Source: Lepidodermella squamata (Eukaryota; Animalia; Gastrotricha). From it: a DNA stretch of 64,000 nt. The position numbers and the translations under genes are program-made. The stretch lies in assembly GCA_047495785.1 (NCBI GenBank), contig JBLDXI010000004.1:2170001-2234000 (forward strand). Direction: 5' to 3'. Under the pieces are notes generated by a model. That model was not told the DNA's origin. It saw only the letters and a list, made by a program, of their open reading frames with translations, and ran no database searches. Below, piece after piece: positions 37,401 through 52,400 of the stretch. Every line of letters begins with the position of its first letter. Within the stretch, counting starts at the first letter, position 1.

Positions 37401-40400
37401 TTCCAAAAAATGTCAATTTACGGTGAAAAAAACAGCAAATTTCAAGTTTGCGCAAACTCAAGTCAAATTTTCAATGCGTGTGAGTCCTGCCATCCAAGCG
37501 GGTAACTGCCACATTGGTGTAAAGAGGCTAGATTAACCAAATCAAATGCGACGAAGACGATGGCAATGTCAGATTTCATGCCAGAGTTATCGATTCGATA
37601 GTCATCGATAAGTTTTGATTGATTGGTTTATCGATTTTGGCCCCTTTTGTCACCTCGGGATGGCTTTTTCACGAATGGTGATGTCTGGCGGGCTGAAAAT
37701 TTGCAAATATTCAGAATCAGCATTGTCGAAAACCCCTGTACAGTCATTTGGGCCATAGGCGGCTCAGTTTTGACAAAATTTACCCTTTTTCGTGAGCTTT
37801 AAAGGCCAGGCGGCTATGCTTTAAGTCCGTTTGAATGTCCATTTTACAAACGGTGATGAATTTAGGTCTAATTTTTTGCAGATGTTGAGATTCAGCATTG
37901 TCGATAACCCTTGACAAATAAATTTGACATTCGTACTGGCCAGATTTCCAAAAAATGTCAATTTACGGTGAAAAAAACAGCAAATTTCAAGTTTGCGCAA
38001 ACTCAAGTCAAATTTTCAATGCGTGTGAGTCCTGCCATCCAAGCGGGTAACTGCCACATTGGTGTAAAGAGGCTAGATTAACCAAATCAAATGCGACGAA
38101 GACGATGGCAATGTCAGATTTCATGCCAGAGTTATCGATTCGATAGTCATCGATAAGTTTTGATTGATTGGTTTATCGATTTTGGCCCCTTTTGTCACCT
38201 CGGGATGGCTTTTTCACGAATGGTGATGTCTGGCGGGCTGAAAATTTGCAAATATTCAGAATCAGCATTGTCGAAAACCCCTGTACAGTCATTTGGGCCA
38301 TAGGCGGCTCAGTTTTGACAAAATTTACCCTTTTTCGTGAGCTTTAAAGGCCAGGCGGCTATGCTTTAAGTCCGTTTGAATGTCCATTTTACAAACGGTG
38401 ATGAATTTAGGTCTAATTTTTTGCAGATGTTGAGATTCAGCATTGTCGATAACCCTTGACAAATAAATTTGACATTCGTACTGGCCAGATTTCCAAAAAA
38501 TGTCAATTTACGGTGAAAAAAACAGCAAATTTCAAGTTTGCGCAAACTCAAGTCAAATTTTCAATGCGTGTGAGTCCTGCCATCCAAGCGGGTAACTGCC
38601 ACATTGGTGTAAAGAGGCTAGATTAACCAAATCAAATGCGACGAAGACGATGGCAATGTCAGATTTCATGCCAGAGTTATCGATTCGATAGTCATCGATA
38701 AGTTTTGATTGATTGGTTTATCGATTTTGGCCCCTTTTGTCACCTCGGGATGGCTTTTTCACGAATGGTGATGTCTGGCGGGCTGAAAATTTGCAAATAT
38801 TCAGAATCAGCATTGTCGAAAACCCCTGTACAGTCATTTGGGCCATAGGCGGCTCAGTTTTGACAAAATTTACCCTTTTTCGTGAGCTTTAAAGGCCAGG
38901 CGGCTATGCTTTAAGTCCGTTTGAATGTCCATTTTACAAACGGTGATGAATTTAGGTCTAATTTTTTGCAGATGTTGAGATTCAGCATTGTCGATAACCC
39001 TTGACAAATAAATTTGACATTCGTACTGGCCAGATTTCCAAAAAATGTCAATTTACGGTGAAAAAAACAGCAAATTTCAAGTTTGCGCAAACTCAAGTCA
39101 AATTTTCAATGCGTGTGAGTCCTGCCATCCAAGCGGGTAACTGCCACATTGGTGTAAAGAGGCTAGATTAACCAAATCAAATGCGACGAAGACGATGGCA
39201 ATGTCAGATTTCATGCCAGAGTTATCGATTCGATAGTCATCGATAAGTTTTGATTGATTGGTTTATCGATTTTGGCCCCTTTTGTCACCTCGGGATGGCT
39301 TTTTCACGAATGGTGATGTCTGGCGGGCTGAAAATTTGCAAATATTCAGAATCAGCATTGTCGAAAACCCCTGTACAGTCATTTGGGCCATAGGCGGCTC
39401 AGTTTTGACAAAATTTACCCTTTTTCGTGAGCTTTAAAGGCCAGGCGGCTATGCTTTAAGTCCGTTTGAATGTCCATTTTACAAACGGTGATGAATTTAG
39501 GTCTAATTTTTTGCAGATGTTGAGATTCAGCATTGTCGATAACCCTTGACAAATAAATTTGACATTCGTACTGGCCAGATTTCCAAAAAATGTCAATTTA
39601 CGGTGAAAAAAACAGCAAATTTCAAGTTTGCGCAAACTCAAGTCAAATTTTCAATGCGTGTGAGTCCTGCCATCCAAGCGGGTAACTGCCACATTGGTGT
39701 AAAGAGGCTAGATTAACCAAATCAAATGCGACGAAGACGATGGCAATGTCAGATTTCATGCCAGAGTTATCGATTCGATAGTCATCGATAAGTTTTGATT
39801 GATTGGTTTATCGATTTTGGCCCCTTTTGTCACCTCGGGATGGCTTTTTCACGAATGGTGATGTCTGGCGGGCTGAAAATTTGCAAATATTCAGAATCAG
39901 CATTGTCGAAAACCCCTGTACAGTCATTTGGGCCATAGGCGGCTCAGTTTTGACAAAATTTACCCTTTTTCGTGAGCTTTAAAGGCCAGGCGGCTATGCT
40001 TTAAGTCCGTTTGAATGTCCATTTTACAAACGGTGATGAATTTAGGTCTAATTTTTTGCAGATGTTGAGATTCAGCATTGTCGATAACCCTTGACAAATA
40101 AATTTGACATTCGTACTGGCCAGATTTCCAAAAAATGTCAATTTACGGTGAAAAAAACAGCAAATTTCAAGTTTGCGCAAACTCAAGTCAAATTTTCAAT
40201 GCGTATGAGTCCTGCCATCCAAGCGGGTAACTGCCACATTGGTGTAAAGAGGCTAGATTAACCAAATCAAATGCGACGAAGACGATGGCAATGTCAGATT
40301 TCATGCCAGAGTTATCGATTCGATAGTCATCGATAAGTTTTGATTGATTGGTTTATCGATTTTGGCCCCTTTTGTCACCTCGGGATGGCTTTTTCACGAA

Positions 40401-43400
40401 TGGTGATGTCTGGCGGGCTGAAAATTTGCAAATATTCAGAATCAGCATTGTCGAAAACCCCTGTACAGTCATTTGGGCCATAGGCGGCTCAGTTTTGACA
40501 AAATTTACCCTTTTTCGTGAGCTTTAAAGGCCAGGCGGCTATGCTTTAAGTCCGTTTGAATGTCCATTTTACAAACGGTGATGAATTTAGGTCTAATTTT
40601 TTGCAGATGTTGAGATTCAGCATTGTCGATAACCCTTGACAAATAAATTTGACATTCGTACTGGCCAGATTTCCAAAAAATGTCAATTTACGGTGAAAAA
40701 AACAGCAAATTTCAAGTTTGCGCAAACTCAAGTCAAATTTTCAATGCGTATGAGTCCTGCCATCCAAGCGGGTAACTGCCACATTGGTGTAAAGAGGCTA
40801 CATTAACCAAATCAAATGCGACGAAGACGATGGCAATGTCAGATTTCATGCCAGAGTTATCGATTCGATAGTCATCGATAAGTTTTGATTGATTGGTTTA
40901 TCGATTTTGGCCCCTTTTGTCACCTCGGGATGGCTTTTTCACGAATGGTGATGTCTGGCGGGCTGAAAATTTGCAAATATTCAGAATCAGCATTGTCGAA
41001 AACCCCTGTACAGTCATTTGGGCCATAGGCGGCTCAGTTTTGACAAAATTTACCCTTTTTCGTGAGCTTTAAAGGCCAGGCGGCTATGCTTTAAGTCCGT
41101 TTGAATGTCCATTTTACAAACGGTGATGAATTTAGGTCTAATTTTTTGCAGATGTTGAGATTCAGCATTGTCGATAACCCTTGACAAATAAATTTGACAT
41201 TCGTACTGGCCAGATTTCCAAAAAATGTCAATTTACGGTGAAAAAAACAGCAAATTTCAAGTTTGCGCAAACTCAAGTCAAATTTTCAATGCGTGTGAGT
41301 CCTGCCATCCAAGCGGGTAACTGCCACATTGGTGTAAAGAGGCTAGATTAACCAAATCAAATGCGACGAAGACGATGGCAATGTCAGATTTCATGCCAGA
41401 GTTATCGATTCGATAGTCATCGATAAGTTTTGATTGATTGGTTTATCGATTTTGGCCCCTTTTGTCACCTCGGGATGGCTTTTTCACGAATGGTGATGTC
41501 TGGCGGGCTGAAAATTTGCAAATATTCAGAATCAGCATTGTCGAAAACCCCTGTACAGTCATTTGGGCCATAGGCGGCTCAGTTTTGACAAAATTTACCC
41601 TTTTTCGTGAGCTTTAAAGGCCAGGCGGCTATGCTTTAAGTCCGTTTGAATGTCCATTTTACAAACGGTGATGAATTTAGGTCTAATTTTTTGCAGATGT
41701 TGAGATTCAGCATTGTCGATAACCCTTGACAAATAAATTTGACATTCGTACTGGCCAGATTTCCAAAAAATGTCAATTTACGGTGAAAAAAACAGCAAAT
41801 TTCAAGTTTGCGCAAACTCAAGTCAAATTTTCAATGCGTGTGAGTCCTGCCATCCAAGCGGGTAACTGCCACATTGGTGTAAAGAGGCTAGATTAACCAA
41901 ATCAAATGCGACGAAGACGATGGCAATGTCAGATTTCATGCCAGAGTTATCGATTCGATAGTCATCGATAAGTTTTGATTGATTGGTTTATCGATTTTGG
42001 CCCCTTTTGTCACCTCGGGATGGCTTTTTCACGAATGGTGATGTCTGGCGGGCTGAAAATTTGCAAATATTCAGAATCAGCATTGTCGAAAACCCCTGTA
42101 CAGTCATTTGGGCCATAGGCGGCTCAGTTTTGACAAAATTTACCCTTTTTCGTGAGCTTTAAAGGCCAGGCGGCTATGCTTTAAGTCCGTTTGAATGTCC
42201 ATTTTACAAACGGTGATGAATTTAGGTCTAATTTTTTGCAGATGTTGAGATTCAGCATTGTCGATAACCCTTGACAAATAAATTTGACATTCGTACTGGC
42301 CAGATTTCCAAAAAATGTCAATTTACGGTGAAAAAAACAGCAAATTTCAAGTTTGCGCAAACTCAAGTCAAATTTTCAATGCGTATGAGTCCTGCCATCC
42401 AAGCGGGTAACTGCCACATTGGTGTAAAGAGGCTAGATTAACCAAATCAAATGCGACGAAGACGATGGCAATGTCAGATTTCATGCCAGAGTTATCGATT
42501 CGATAGTCATCGATAAGTTTTGATTGATTGGTTTATCGATTTTGGCCCCTTTTGTCACCTCGGGATGGCTTTTTCACGAATGGTGATGTCTGGCGGGCTG
42601 AAAATTTGCAAATATTCAGAATCAGCATTGTCGAAAACCCCTGTACAGTCATTTGGGCCATAGGCGGCTCAGTTTTGACAAAATTTACCCTTTTTCGTGA
42701 GCTTTAAAGGCCAGGCGGCTATGCTTTAAGTCCGTTTGAATGTCCATTTTACAAACGGTGATGAATTTAGGTCTCATTTTTTGCAGATGTTGAGATTCAG
42801 CATTGTCGATAACCCTTGACAAATAAATTTGACATTCGTACTGGCCAGATTTCCAAAAAATGTCAATTTACGGTGAAAAAAACAGCAAATTTCAAGTTTG
42901 CGCAAACTCAAGTCAAATTTTCAATGCGTATGAGTCCTGCCATCCAAGCGGGTAACTGCCACATTGGTGTAAAGAGGCTAGATTAACCAAATCAAATGCG
43001 ACGAAGACGATGGCAATGTCAGATTTCATGCCAGAGTTATCGATTCGATAGTCATCGATAAGTTTTGATTGATTGGTTTATCGATTTTGGCCCCTTTTGT
43101 CACCTCGGGATGGCTTTTTCACGAATGGTGATGTCTGGCGGGCTGAAAATTTGCAAATATTCAGAATCAGCATTGTCGAAAACCCCTGTACAGTCATTTG
43201 GGCCATAGGCGGCTCAGTTTTGACAAAATTTACCCTTTTTCGTGAGCTTTAAAGGCCAGGCGGCTATGCTTTAAGTCCGTTTGAATGTCCATTTTACAAA
43301 CGGTGATGAATTTAGGTCTAATTTTTTGCAGATGTTGAGATTCAGCATTGTCGATAACCCTTGACAAATAAATTTGACATTCGTACTGGCCAGATTTCCA

Positions 43401-46400
43401 AAAAATGTCAATTTACGGTGAAAAAAACAGCAAATTTCAAGTTTGCGCAAACTCAAGTCAAATTTTCAATGCGTATGAGTCCTGCCATCCAAGCGGGTAA
43501 CTGCCACATTGGTGTAAAGAGGCTAGATTAACCAAATCAAATGCGACGAAGACGATGGCAATGTCAGATTTCATGCCAGAGTTATCGATTCGATAGTCAT
43601 CGATAAGTTTTGATTGATTGGTTTATCGATTTTGGCCCCTTTTGTCACCTCGGGATGGCTTTTTCACGAATGGTGATGTCTGGCGGGCTGAAAATTTGCA
43701 AATATTCAGAATCAGCATTGTCGAAAACCCCTGTACAGTCATTTGGGCCATAGGCGGCTCAGTTTTGACAAAATTTACCCTTTTTCGTGAGCTTTAAAGG
43801 CCAGGCGGCTATGCTTTAAGTCCGTTTGAATGTCCATTTTACAAACGGTGATGAATTTAGGTCTAATTTTTTGCAGATGTTGAGATTCAGCATTGTCGAT
43901 AACCCTTGACAAATAAATTTGACATTCGTACTGGCCAGATTTCCAAAAAATGTCAATTTACGGTGAAAAAAACAGCAAATTTCAAGTTTGCGCAAACTCA
44001 AGTCAAATTTTCAATGCGTATGAGTCCTGCCATCCAAGCGGGTAACTGCCACATTGGTGTAAAGAGGCTAGATTAACCAAATCAAATGCGACGAAGACGA
44101 TGGCAATGTCAGATTTCATGCCAGAGTTATCGATTCGATAGTCATCGATAAGTTTTGATTGATTGGTTTATCGATTTTGGCCCCTTTTGTCACCTCGGGA
44201 TGGCTTTTTCACGAATGGTGATGTCTGGCGGGCTGAAAATTTGCAAATATTCAGAATCAGCATTGTCGAAAACCCCTGTACAGTCATTTGGGCCATAGGC
44301 GGCTCAGTTTTGACAAAATTTACCCTTTTTCGTGAGCTTTAAAGGCCAGGCGGCTATGCTTTAAGTCCGTTTGAATGTCCATTTTACAAACGGTGATGAA
44401 TTTAGGTCTAATTTTTTGCAGATGTTGAGATTCAGCATTGTCGATAACCCTTGACAAATAAATTTGACATTCGTACTGGCCAGATTTCCAAAAAATGTCA
44501 ATTTACGGTGAAAAAAACAGCAAATTTCAAGTTTGCGCAAACTCAAGTCAAATTTTCAATGCGTATGAGTCCTGCCATCCAAGCGGGTAACTGCCACATT
44601 GGTGTAAAGAGGCTACATTAACCAAATCAAATGCGACGAAGACGATGGCAATGTCAGATTTCATGCCAGAGTTATCGATTCGATAGTCATCGATAAGTTT
44701 TGATTGATTGGTTTATCGATTTTGGCCCCTTTTGTCACCTCGGGATGGCTTTTTCACGAATGGTGATGTCTGGCGGGCTGAAAATTTGCAAATATTCAGA
44801 ATCAGCATTGTCGAAAACCCCTGTACAGTCATTTGGGCCATAGGCGGCTCAGTTTTGACAAAATTTACCCTTTTTCGTGAGCTTTAAAGGCCAGGCGGCT
44901 ATGCTTTAAGTCCGTTTGAATGTCCATTTTACAAACGGTGATGAATTTAGGTCTAATTTTTTGCAGATGTTGAGATTCAGCATTGTCGATAACCCTTGAC
45001 AAATAAATTTGACATTCGTACTGGCCAGATTTCCAAAAAATGTCAATTTACGGTGAAAAAAACAGCAAATTTCAAGTTTGCGCAAACTCAAGTCAAATTT
45101 TCAATGCGTATGAGTCCTGCCATCCAAGCGGGTAACTGCCACATTGGTGTAAAGAGGCTAGATTAACCAAATCAAATGCGACGAAGACGATGGCAATGTC
45201 AGATTTCATGCCAGAGTTATCGATTCGATAGTCATCGATAAGTTTTGATTGATTGGTTTATCGATTTTGGCCCCTTTTGTCACCTCGGGATGGCTTTTTC
45301 ACGAATGGTGATGTCTGGCGGGCTGAAAATTTGCAAATATTCAGAATCAGCATTGTCGAAAACCCCTGTACAGTCATTTGGGCCATAGGCGGCTCAGTTT
45401 TGACAAAATTTACCCTTTTTCGTGAGCTTTAAAGGCCAGGCGGCTATGCTTTAAGTCCGTTTGAATGTCCATTTTACAAACGGTGATGAATTTAGGTCTA
45501 ATTTTTTGCAGATGTTGAGATTCAGCATTGTCGATAACCCTTGACAAATAAATTTGACATTCGTACTGGCCAGATTTCCAAAAAATGTCAATTTACGGTG
45601 AAAAAAACAGCAAATTTCAAGTTTGCGCAAACTCAAGTCAAATTTTCAATGCGTATGAGTCCTGCCATCCAAGCGGGTAACTGCCACATTGGTGTAAAGA
45701 GGCTAGATTAACCAAATCAAATGCGACGAAGACGATGGCAATGTCAGATTTCATGCCAGAGTTATCGATTCGATAGTCATCGATAAGTTTTGATTGATTG
45801 GTTTATCGATTTTGGCCCCTTTTGTCACCTCGGGATGGCTTTTTCACGAATGGTGATGTCTGGCGGGCTGAAAATTTGCAAATATTCAGAATCAGCATTG
45901 TCGAAAACCCCTGTACAGTCATTTGGGCCATAGGCGGCTCAGTTTTGACAAAATTTACCCTTTTTCGTGAGCTTTAAAGGCCAGGCGGCTATGCTTTAAG
46001 TCCGTTTGAATGTCCATTTTACAAACGGTGATGAATTTAGGTCTAATTTTTTGCAGATGTTGAGATTCAGCATTGTCGATAACCCTTGACAAATAAATTT
46101 GACATTCGTACTGGCCAGATTTCCAAAAAATGTCAATTTACGGTGAAAAAAACAGCAAATTTCAAGTTTGCGCAAACTCAAGTCAAATTTTCAATGCGTA
46201 TGAGTCCTGCCATCCAAGCGGGTAACTGCCACATTGGTGTAAAGAGGCTAGATTAACCAAATCAAATGCGACGAAGACGATGGCAATGTCAGATTTCATG
46301 CCAGAGTTATCGATTCGATAGTCATCGATAAGTTTTGATTGATTGGTTTATCGATTTTGGCCCCTTTTGTCACCTCGGGATGGCTTTTTCACGAATGGTG

Positions 46401-49400
46401 ATGTCTGGCGGGCTGAAAATTTGCAAATATTCAGAATCAGCATTGTCGAAAACCCCTGTACAGTCATTTGGGCCATAGGCGGCTCAGTTTTGACAAAATT
46501 TACCCTTTTTCGTGAGCTTTAAAGGCCAGGCGGCTATGCTTTAAGTCCGTTTGAATGTCCATTTTACAAACGGTGATGAATTTAGGTCTAATTTTTTGCA
46601 GATGTTGAGATTCAGCATTGTCGATAACCCTTGACAAATAAATTTGACATTCGTACTGGCCAGATTTCCAAAAAATGTCAATTTACGGTGAAAAAAACAG
46701 CAAATTTCAAGTTTGCGCAAACTCAAGTCAAATTTTCAATGCGTATGAGTCCTGCCATCCAAGCGGGTAACTGCCACATTGGTGTAAAGAGGCTAGATTA
46801 ACCAAATCAAATGCGACGAAGACGATGGCAATGTCAGATTTCATGCCAGAGTTATCGATTCGATAGTCATCGATAAGTTTTGATTGATTGGTTTATCGAT
46901 TTTGGCCCCTTTTGTCACCTCGGGATGGCTTTTTCACGAATGGTGATGTCTGGCGGGCTGAAAATTTGCAAATATTCAGAATCAGCATTGTCGAAAACCC
47001 CTGTACAGTCATTTGGGCCATAGGCGGCTCAGTTTTGACAAAATTTACCCTTTTTCGTGAGCTTTAAAGGCCAGGCGGCTATGCTTTAAGTCCGTTTGAA
47101 TGTCCATTTTACAAACGGTGATGAATTTAGGTCTAATTTTTTGCAGATGTTGAGATTCAGCATTGTCGATAACCCTTGACAAATAAATTTGACATTCGTA
47201 CTGGCCAGATTTCCAAAAAATGTCAATTTACGGTGAAAAAAACAGCAAATTTCAAGTTTGCGCAAACTCAAGTCAAATTTTCAATGCGTATGAGTCCTGC
47301 CATCCAAGCGGGTAACTGCCACATTGGTGTAAAGAGGCTAGATTAACCAAATCAAATGCGACGAAGACGATGGCAATGTCAGATTTCATGCCAGAGTTAT
47401 CGATTCGATAGTCATCGATAAGTTTTGATTGATTGGTTTATCGATTTTGGCCCCTTTTGTCACCTCGGGATGGCTTTTTCACGAATGGTGATGTCTGGCG
47501 GGCTGAAAATTTGCAAATATTCAGAATCAGCATTGTCGAAAACCCCTGTACAGTCATTTGGGCCATAGGCGGCTCAGTTTTGACAAAATTTACCCTTTTT
47601 CGTGAGCTTTAAAGGCCAGGCGGCTATGCTTTAAGTCCGTTTGAATGTCCATTTTACAAACGGTGATGAATTTAGGTCTAATTTTTTGCAGATGTTGAGA
47701 TTCAGCATTGTCGATAACCCTTGACAAATAAATTTGACATTCGTACTGGCCAGATTTCCAAAAAATGTCAATTTACGGTGAAAAAAACAGCAAATTTCAA
47801 GTTTGCGCAAACTCAAGTCAAATTTTCAATGCGTATGAGTCCTGCCATCCAAGCGGGTAACTGCCACATTGGTGTAAAGAGGCTAGATTAACCAAATCAA
47901 ATGCGACGAAGACGATGGCAATGTCAGATTTCATGCCAGAGTTATCGATTCGATAGTCATCGATAAGTTTTGATTGATTGGTTTATCGATTTTGGCCCCT
48001 TTTGTCACCTCGGGATGGCTTTTTCACGAATGGTGATGTCTGGCGGGCTGAAAATTTGCAAATATTCAGAATCAGCATTGTCGAAAACCCCTGTACAGTC
48101 ATTTGGGCCATAGGCGGCTCAGTTTTGACAAAATTTACCCTTTTTCGTGAGCTTTAAAGGCCAGGCGGCTATGCTTTAAGTCCGTTTGAATGTCCATTTT
48201 ACAAACGGTGATGAATTTAGGTCTAATTTTTTGCAGATGTTGAGATTCAGCATTGTCGATAACCCTTGACAAATAAATTTGACATTCGTACTGGCCAGAT
48301 TTCCAAAAAATGTCAATTTACGGTGAAAAAAACAGCAAATTTCAAGTTTGCGCAAACTCAAGTCAAATTTTCAATGCGTATGAGTCCTGCCATCCAAGCG
48401 GGTAACTGCCACATTGGTGTAAAGAGGCTAGATTAACCAAATCAAATGCGACGAAGACGATGGCAATGTCAGATTTCATGCCAGAGTTATCGATTCGATA
48501 GTCATCGATAAGTTTTGATTGATTGGTTTATCGATTTTGGCCCCTTTTGTCACCTCGGGATGGCTTTTTCACGAATGGTGATGTCTGGCGGGCTGAAAAT
48601 TTGCAAATATTCAGAATCAGCATTGTCGAAAACCCCTGTACAGTCATTTGGGCCATAGGCGGCTCAGTTTTGACAAAATTTACCCTTTTTCGTGAGCTTT
48701 AAAGGCCAGGCGGCTATGCTTTAAGTCCGTTTGAATGTCCATTTTACAAACGGTGATGAATTTAGGTCTAATTTTTTGCAGATGTTGAGATTCAGCATTG
48801 TCGATAACCCTTGACAAATAAATTTGACATTCGTACTGGCCAGATTTCCAAAAAATGTCAATTTACGGTGAAAAAAACAGCAAATTTCAAGTTTGCGCAA
48901 ACTCAAGTCAAATTTTCAATGCGTATGAGTCCTGCCATCCAAGCGGGTAACTGCCACATTGGTGTAAAGAGGCTAGATTAACCAAATCAAATGCGACGAA
49001 GACGATGGCAATGTCAGATTTCATGCCAGAGTTATCGATTCGATAGTCATCGATAAGTTTTGATTGATTGGTTTATCGATTTTGGCCCCTTTTGTCACCT
49101 CGGGATGGCTTTTTCACGAATGGTGATGTCTGGCGGGCTGAAAATTTGCAAATATTCAGAATCAGCATTGTCGAAAACCCCTGTACAGTCATTTGGGCCA
49201 TAGGCGGCTCAGTTTTGACAAAATTTACCCTTTTTCGTGAGCTTTAAAGGCCAGGCGGCTATGCTTTAAGTCCGTTTGAATGTCCATTTTACAAACGGTG
49301 ATGAATTTAGGTCTAATTTTTTGCAGATGTTGAGATTCAGCATTGTCGATAACCCTTGACAAATAAATTTGACATTCGTACTGGCCAGATTTCCAAAAAA

Positions 49401-52400
49401 TGTCAATTTACGGTGAAAAAAACAGCAAATTTCAAGTTTGCGCAAACTCAAGTCAAATTTTCAATGCGTATGAGTCCTGCCATCCAAGCGGGTAACTGCC
49501 ACATTGGTGTAAAGAGGCTAGATTAACCAAATCAAATGCGACGAAGACGATGGCAATGTCAGATTTCATGCCAGAGTTATCGATTCGATAGTCATCGATA
49601 AGTTTTGATTGATTGGTTTATCGATTTTGGCCCCTTTTGTCACCTCGGGATGGCTTTTTCACGAATGGTGATGTCTGGCGGGCTGAAAATTTGCAAATAT
49701 TCAGAATCAGCATTGTCGAAAACCCCTGTACAGTCATTTGGGCCATAGGCGGCTCAGTTTTGACAAAATTTACCCTTTTTCGTGAGCTTTAAAGGCCAGG
49801 CGGCTATGCTTTAAGTCCGTTTGAATGTCCATTTTACAAACGGTGATGAATTTAGGTCTAATTTTTTGCAGATGTTGAGATTCAGCATTGTCGATAACCC
49901 TTGACAAATAAATTTGACATTCGTACTAGCCAGATTTCCAAAAAATGTCAATTTACGGTGAAAAAAACAGCAAATTTCAAGTTTGCGCAAACTCAAGTCA
50001 AATTTTCAATGCGTATGAGTCCTGCCATCCAAGCGGGTAACTGCCTCATTGGTGTAAAGAAGCTAGATTAACCAAATCAAATGCGACGAAGACGATGGCA
50101 ATGTCAGATTTCATGCCAGAGTTATCGATTCGATAGTCATCGATAAGTTTTGATTGATTGGTTTATCGATTTTGGCCCCTTTTGTCACCTCGGGATGGCT
50201 TTTTCACGAATGGTGATGTCTGGCGGGCTGAAAATTTGCAAATATTCAGAATCAGCATTGTCGAAAACCCCTGTACAGTCATTTGGGCCATAGGCGGCTC
50301 AGTTTTGACAAAATTTACCCTTTTTCGTGAGCTTTAAAGGCCAGGCGGCTATGCTTTAAGTCCGTTTGAATGTCCATTTTACAAACGGTGATGAATTTAG
50401 GTCTAATTTTTTGCAGATGTTGAGATTCAGCATTGTCGATAACCCTTGACAAATAAATTTGACATTCGTACTGGCCAGATTTCCAAAAAATGTCAATTTA
50501 CGGTGAAAAAAACAGCAAATTTCAAGTTTGCGCAAACTCAAGTCAAATTTTCAATGCGTATGAGTCCTGCCATCCAAGCGGGTAACTGCCACATTGGTGT
50601 AAAGAGGCTAGATTAACCAAATCAAATGCGACGAAGACGATGGCAATGTCAGATTTCATGCCAGAGTTATCGATTCGATAGTCATCGATAAGTTTTGATT
50701 GATTGGTTTATCGATTTTGGCCCCTTTTGTCACCTCGGGATGGCTTTTTCACGAATGGTGATGTCTGGCGGGCTGAAAATTTGCAAATATTCAGAATCAG
50801 CATTGTCGAAAACCCCTGTACAGTCATTTGGGCCATAGGCGGCTCAGTTTTGACAAAATTTACCCTTTTTCGTGAGCTTTAAAGGCCAGGCGGCTATGCT
50901 TTAAGTCCGTTTGAATGTCCATTTTACAAACGGTGATGAATTTAGGTCTAATTTTTTGCAGATGTTGAGATTCAGCATTGTCGATAACCCTTGACAAATA
51001 AATTTGACATTCGTACTGGCCAGATTTCCAAAAAATGTCAATTTACGGTGAAAAAAACAGCAAATTTCAAGTTTGCGCAAACTCAAGTCAAATTTTCAAT
51101 GCGTATGAGTCCTGCCATCCAAGCGGGTAACTGCCACATTGGTGTAAAGAGGCTAGATTAACCAAATCAAATGCGACGAAGACGATGGCAATGTCAGATT
51201 TCATGCCAGAGTTATCGATTCGATAGTCATCGATAAGTTTTGATTGATTGGTTTATCGATTTTGGCCCCTTTTGTCACCTCGGGATGGCTTTTTCACGAA
51301 TGGTGATGTCTGGCGGGCTGAAAATTTGCAAATATTCAGAATCAGCATTGTCGAAAACCCCTGTACAGTCATTTGGGCCATAGGCGGCTCAGTTTTGACA
51401 AAATTTACCCTTTTTCGTGAGCTTTAAAGGCCAGGCGGCTATGCTTTAAGTCCGTTTGAATGTCCATTTTACAAACGGTGATGAATTTAGGTCTAATTTT
51501 TTGCAGATGTTGAGATTCAGCATTGTCGATAACCCTTGACAAATAAATTTGACATTCGTACTAGCCAGATTTCCAAAAAATGTCAATTTACGGTGAAAAA
51601 AACAGCAAATTTCAAGTTTGCGCAAACTCAAGTCAAATTTTCAATGCGTATGAGTCCTGCCATCCAAGCGGGTAACTGCCTCATTGGTGTAAAGAAGCTA
51701 GATTAACCAAATCAAATGCGACGAAGACGATGGCAATGTCAGATTTCATGCCAGAGTTATCGATTCGATAGTCATCGATAAGTTTTGATTGATTGGTTTA
51801 TCGATTTTGGCCCCTTTTGTCACCTCGGGATGGCTTTTTCACGAATGGTGATGTCTGGCGGGCTGAAAATTTGCAAATATTCAGAATCAGCATTGTCGAA
51901 AACCCCTGTACAGTCATTTGGGCCATAGGCGGCTCAGTTTTGACAAAATTTACCCTTTTTCGTGAGCTTTAAAGGCCAGGCGGCTATGCTTTAAGTCCGT
52001 TTGAATGTCCATTTTACAAACGGTGATGAATTTAGGTCTAATTTTTTGCAGATGTTGAGATTCAGCATTGTCGATAACCCTTGACAAATAAATTTGACAT
52101 TCGTACTGGCCAGATTTCCAAAAAATGTCAATTTACGGTGAAAAAAACAGCAAATTTCAAGTTTGCGCAAACTCAAGTCAAATTTTCAATGCGTATGAGT
52201 CCTGCCATCCAAGCGGGTAACTGCCACATTGGTGTAAAGAGGCTAGATTAACCAAATCAAATGCGACGAAGACGATGGCAATGTCAGATTTCATGCCAGA
52301 GTTATCGATTCGATAGTCATCGATAAGTTTTGATTGATTGGTTTATCGATTTTGGCCCCTTTTGTCACCTCGGGATGGCTTTTTCACGAATGGTGATGTC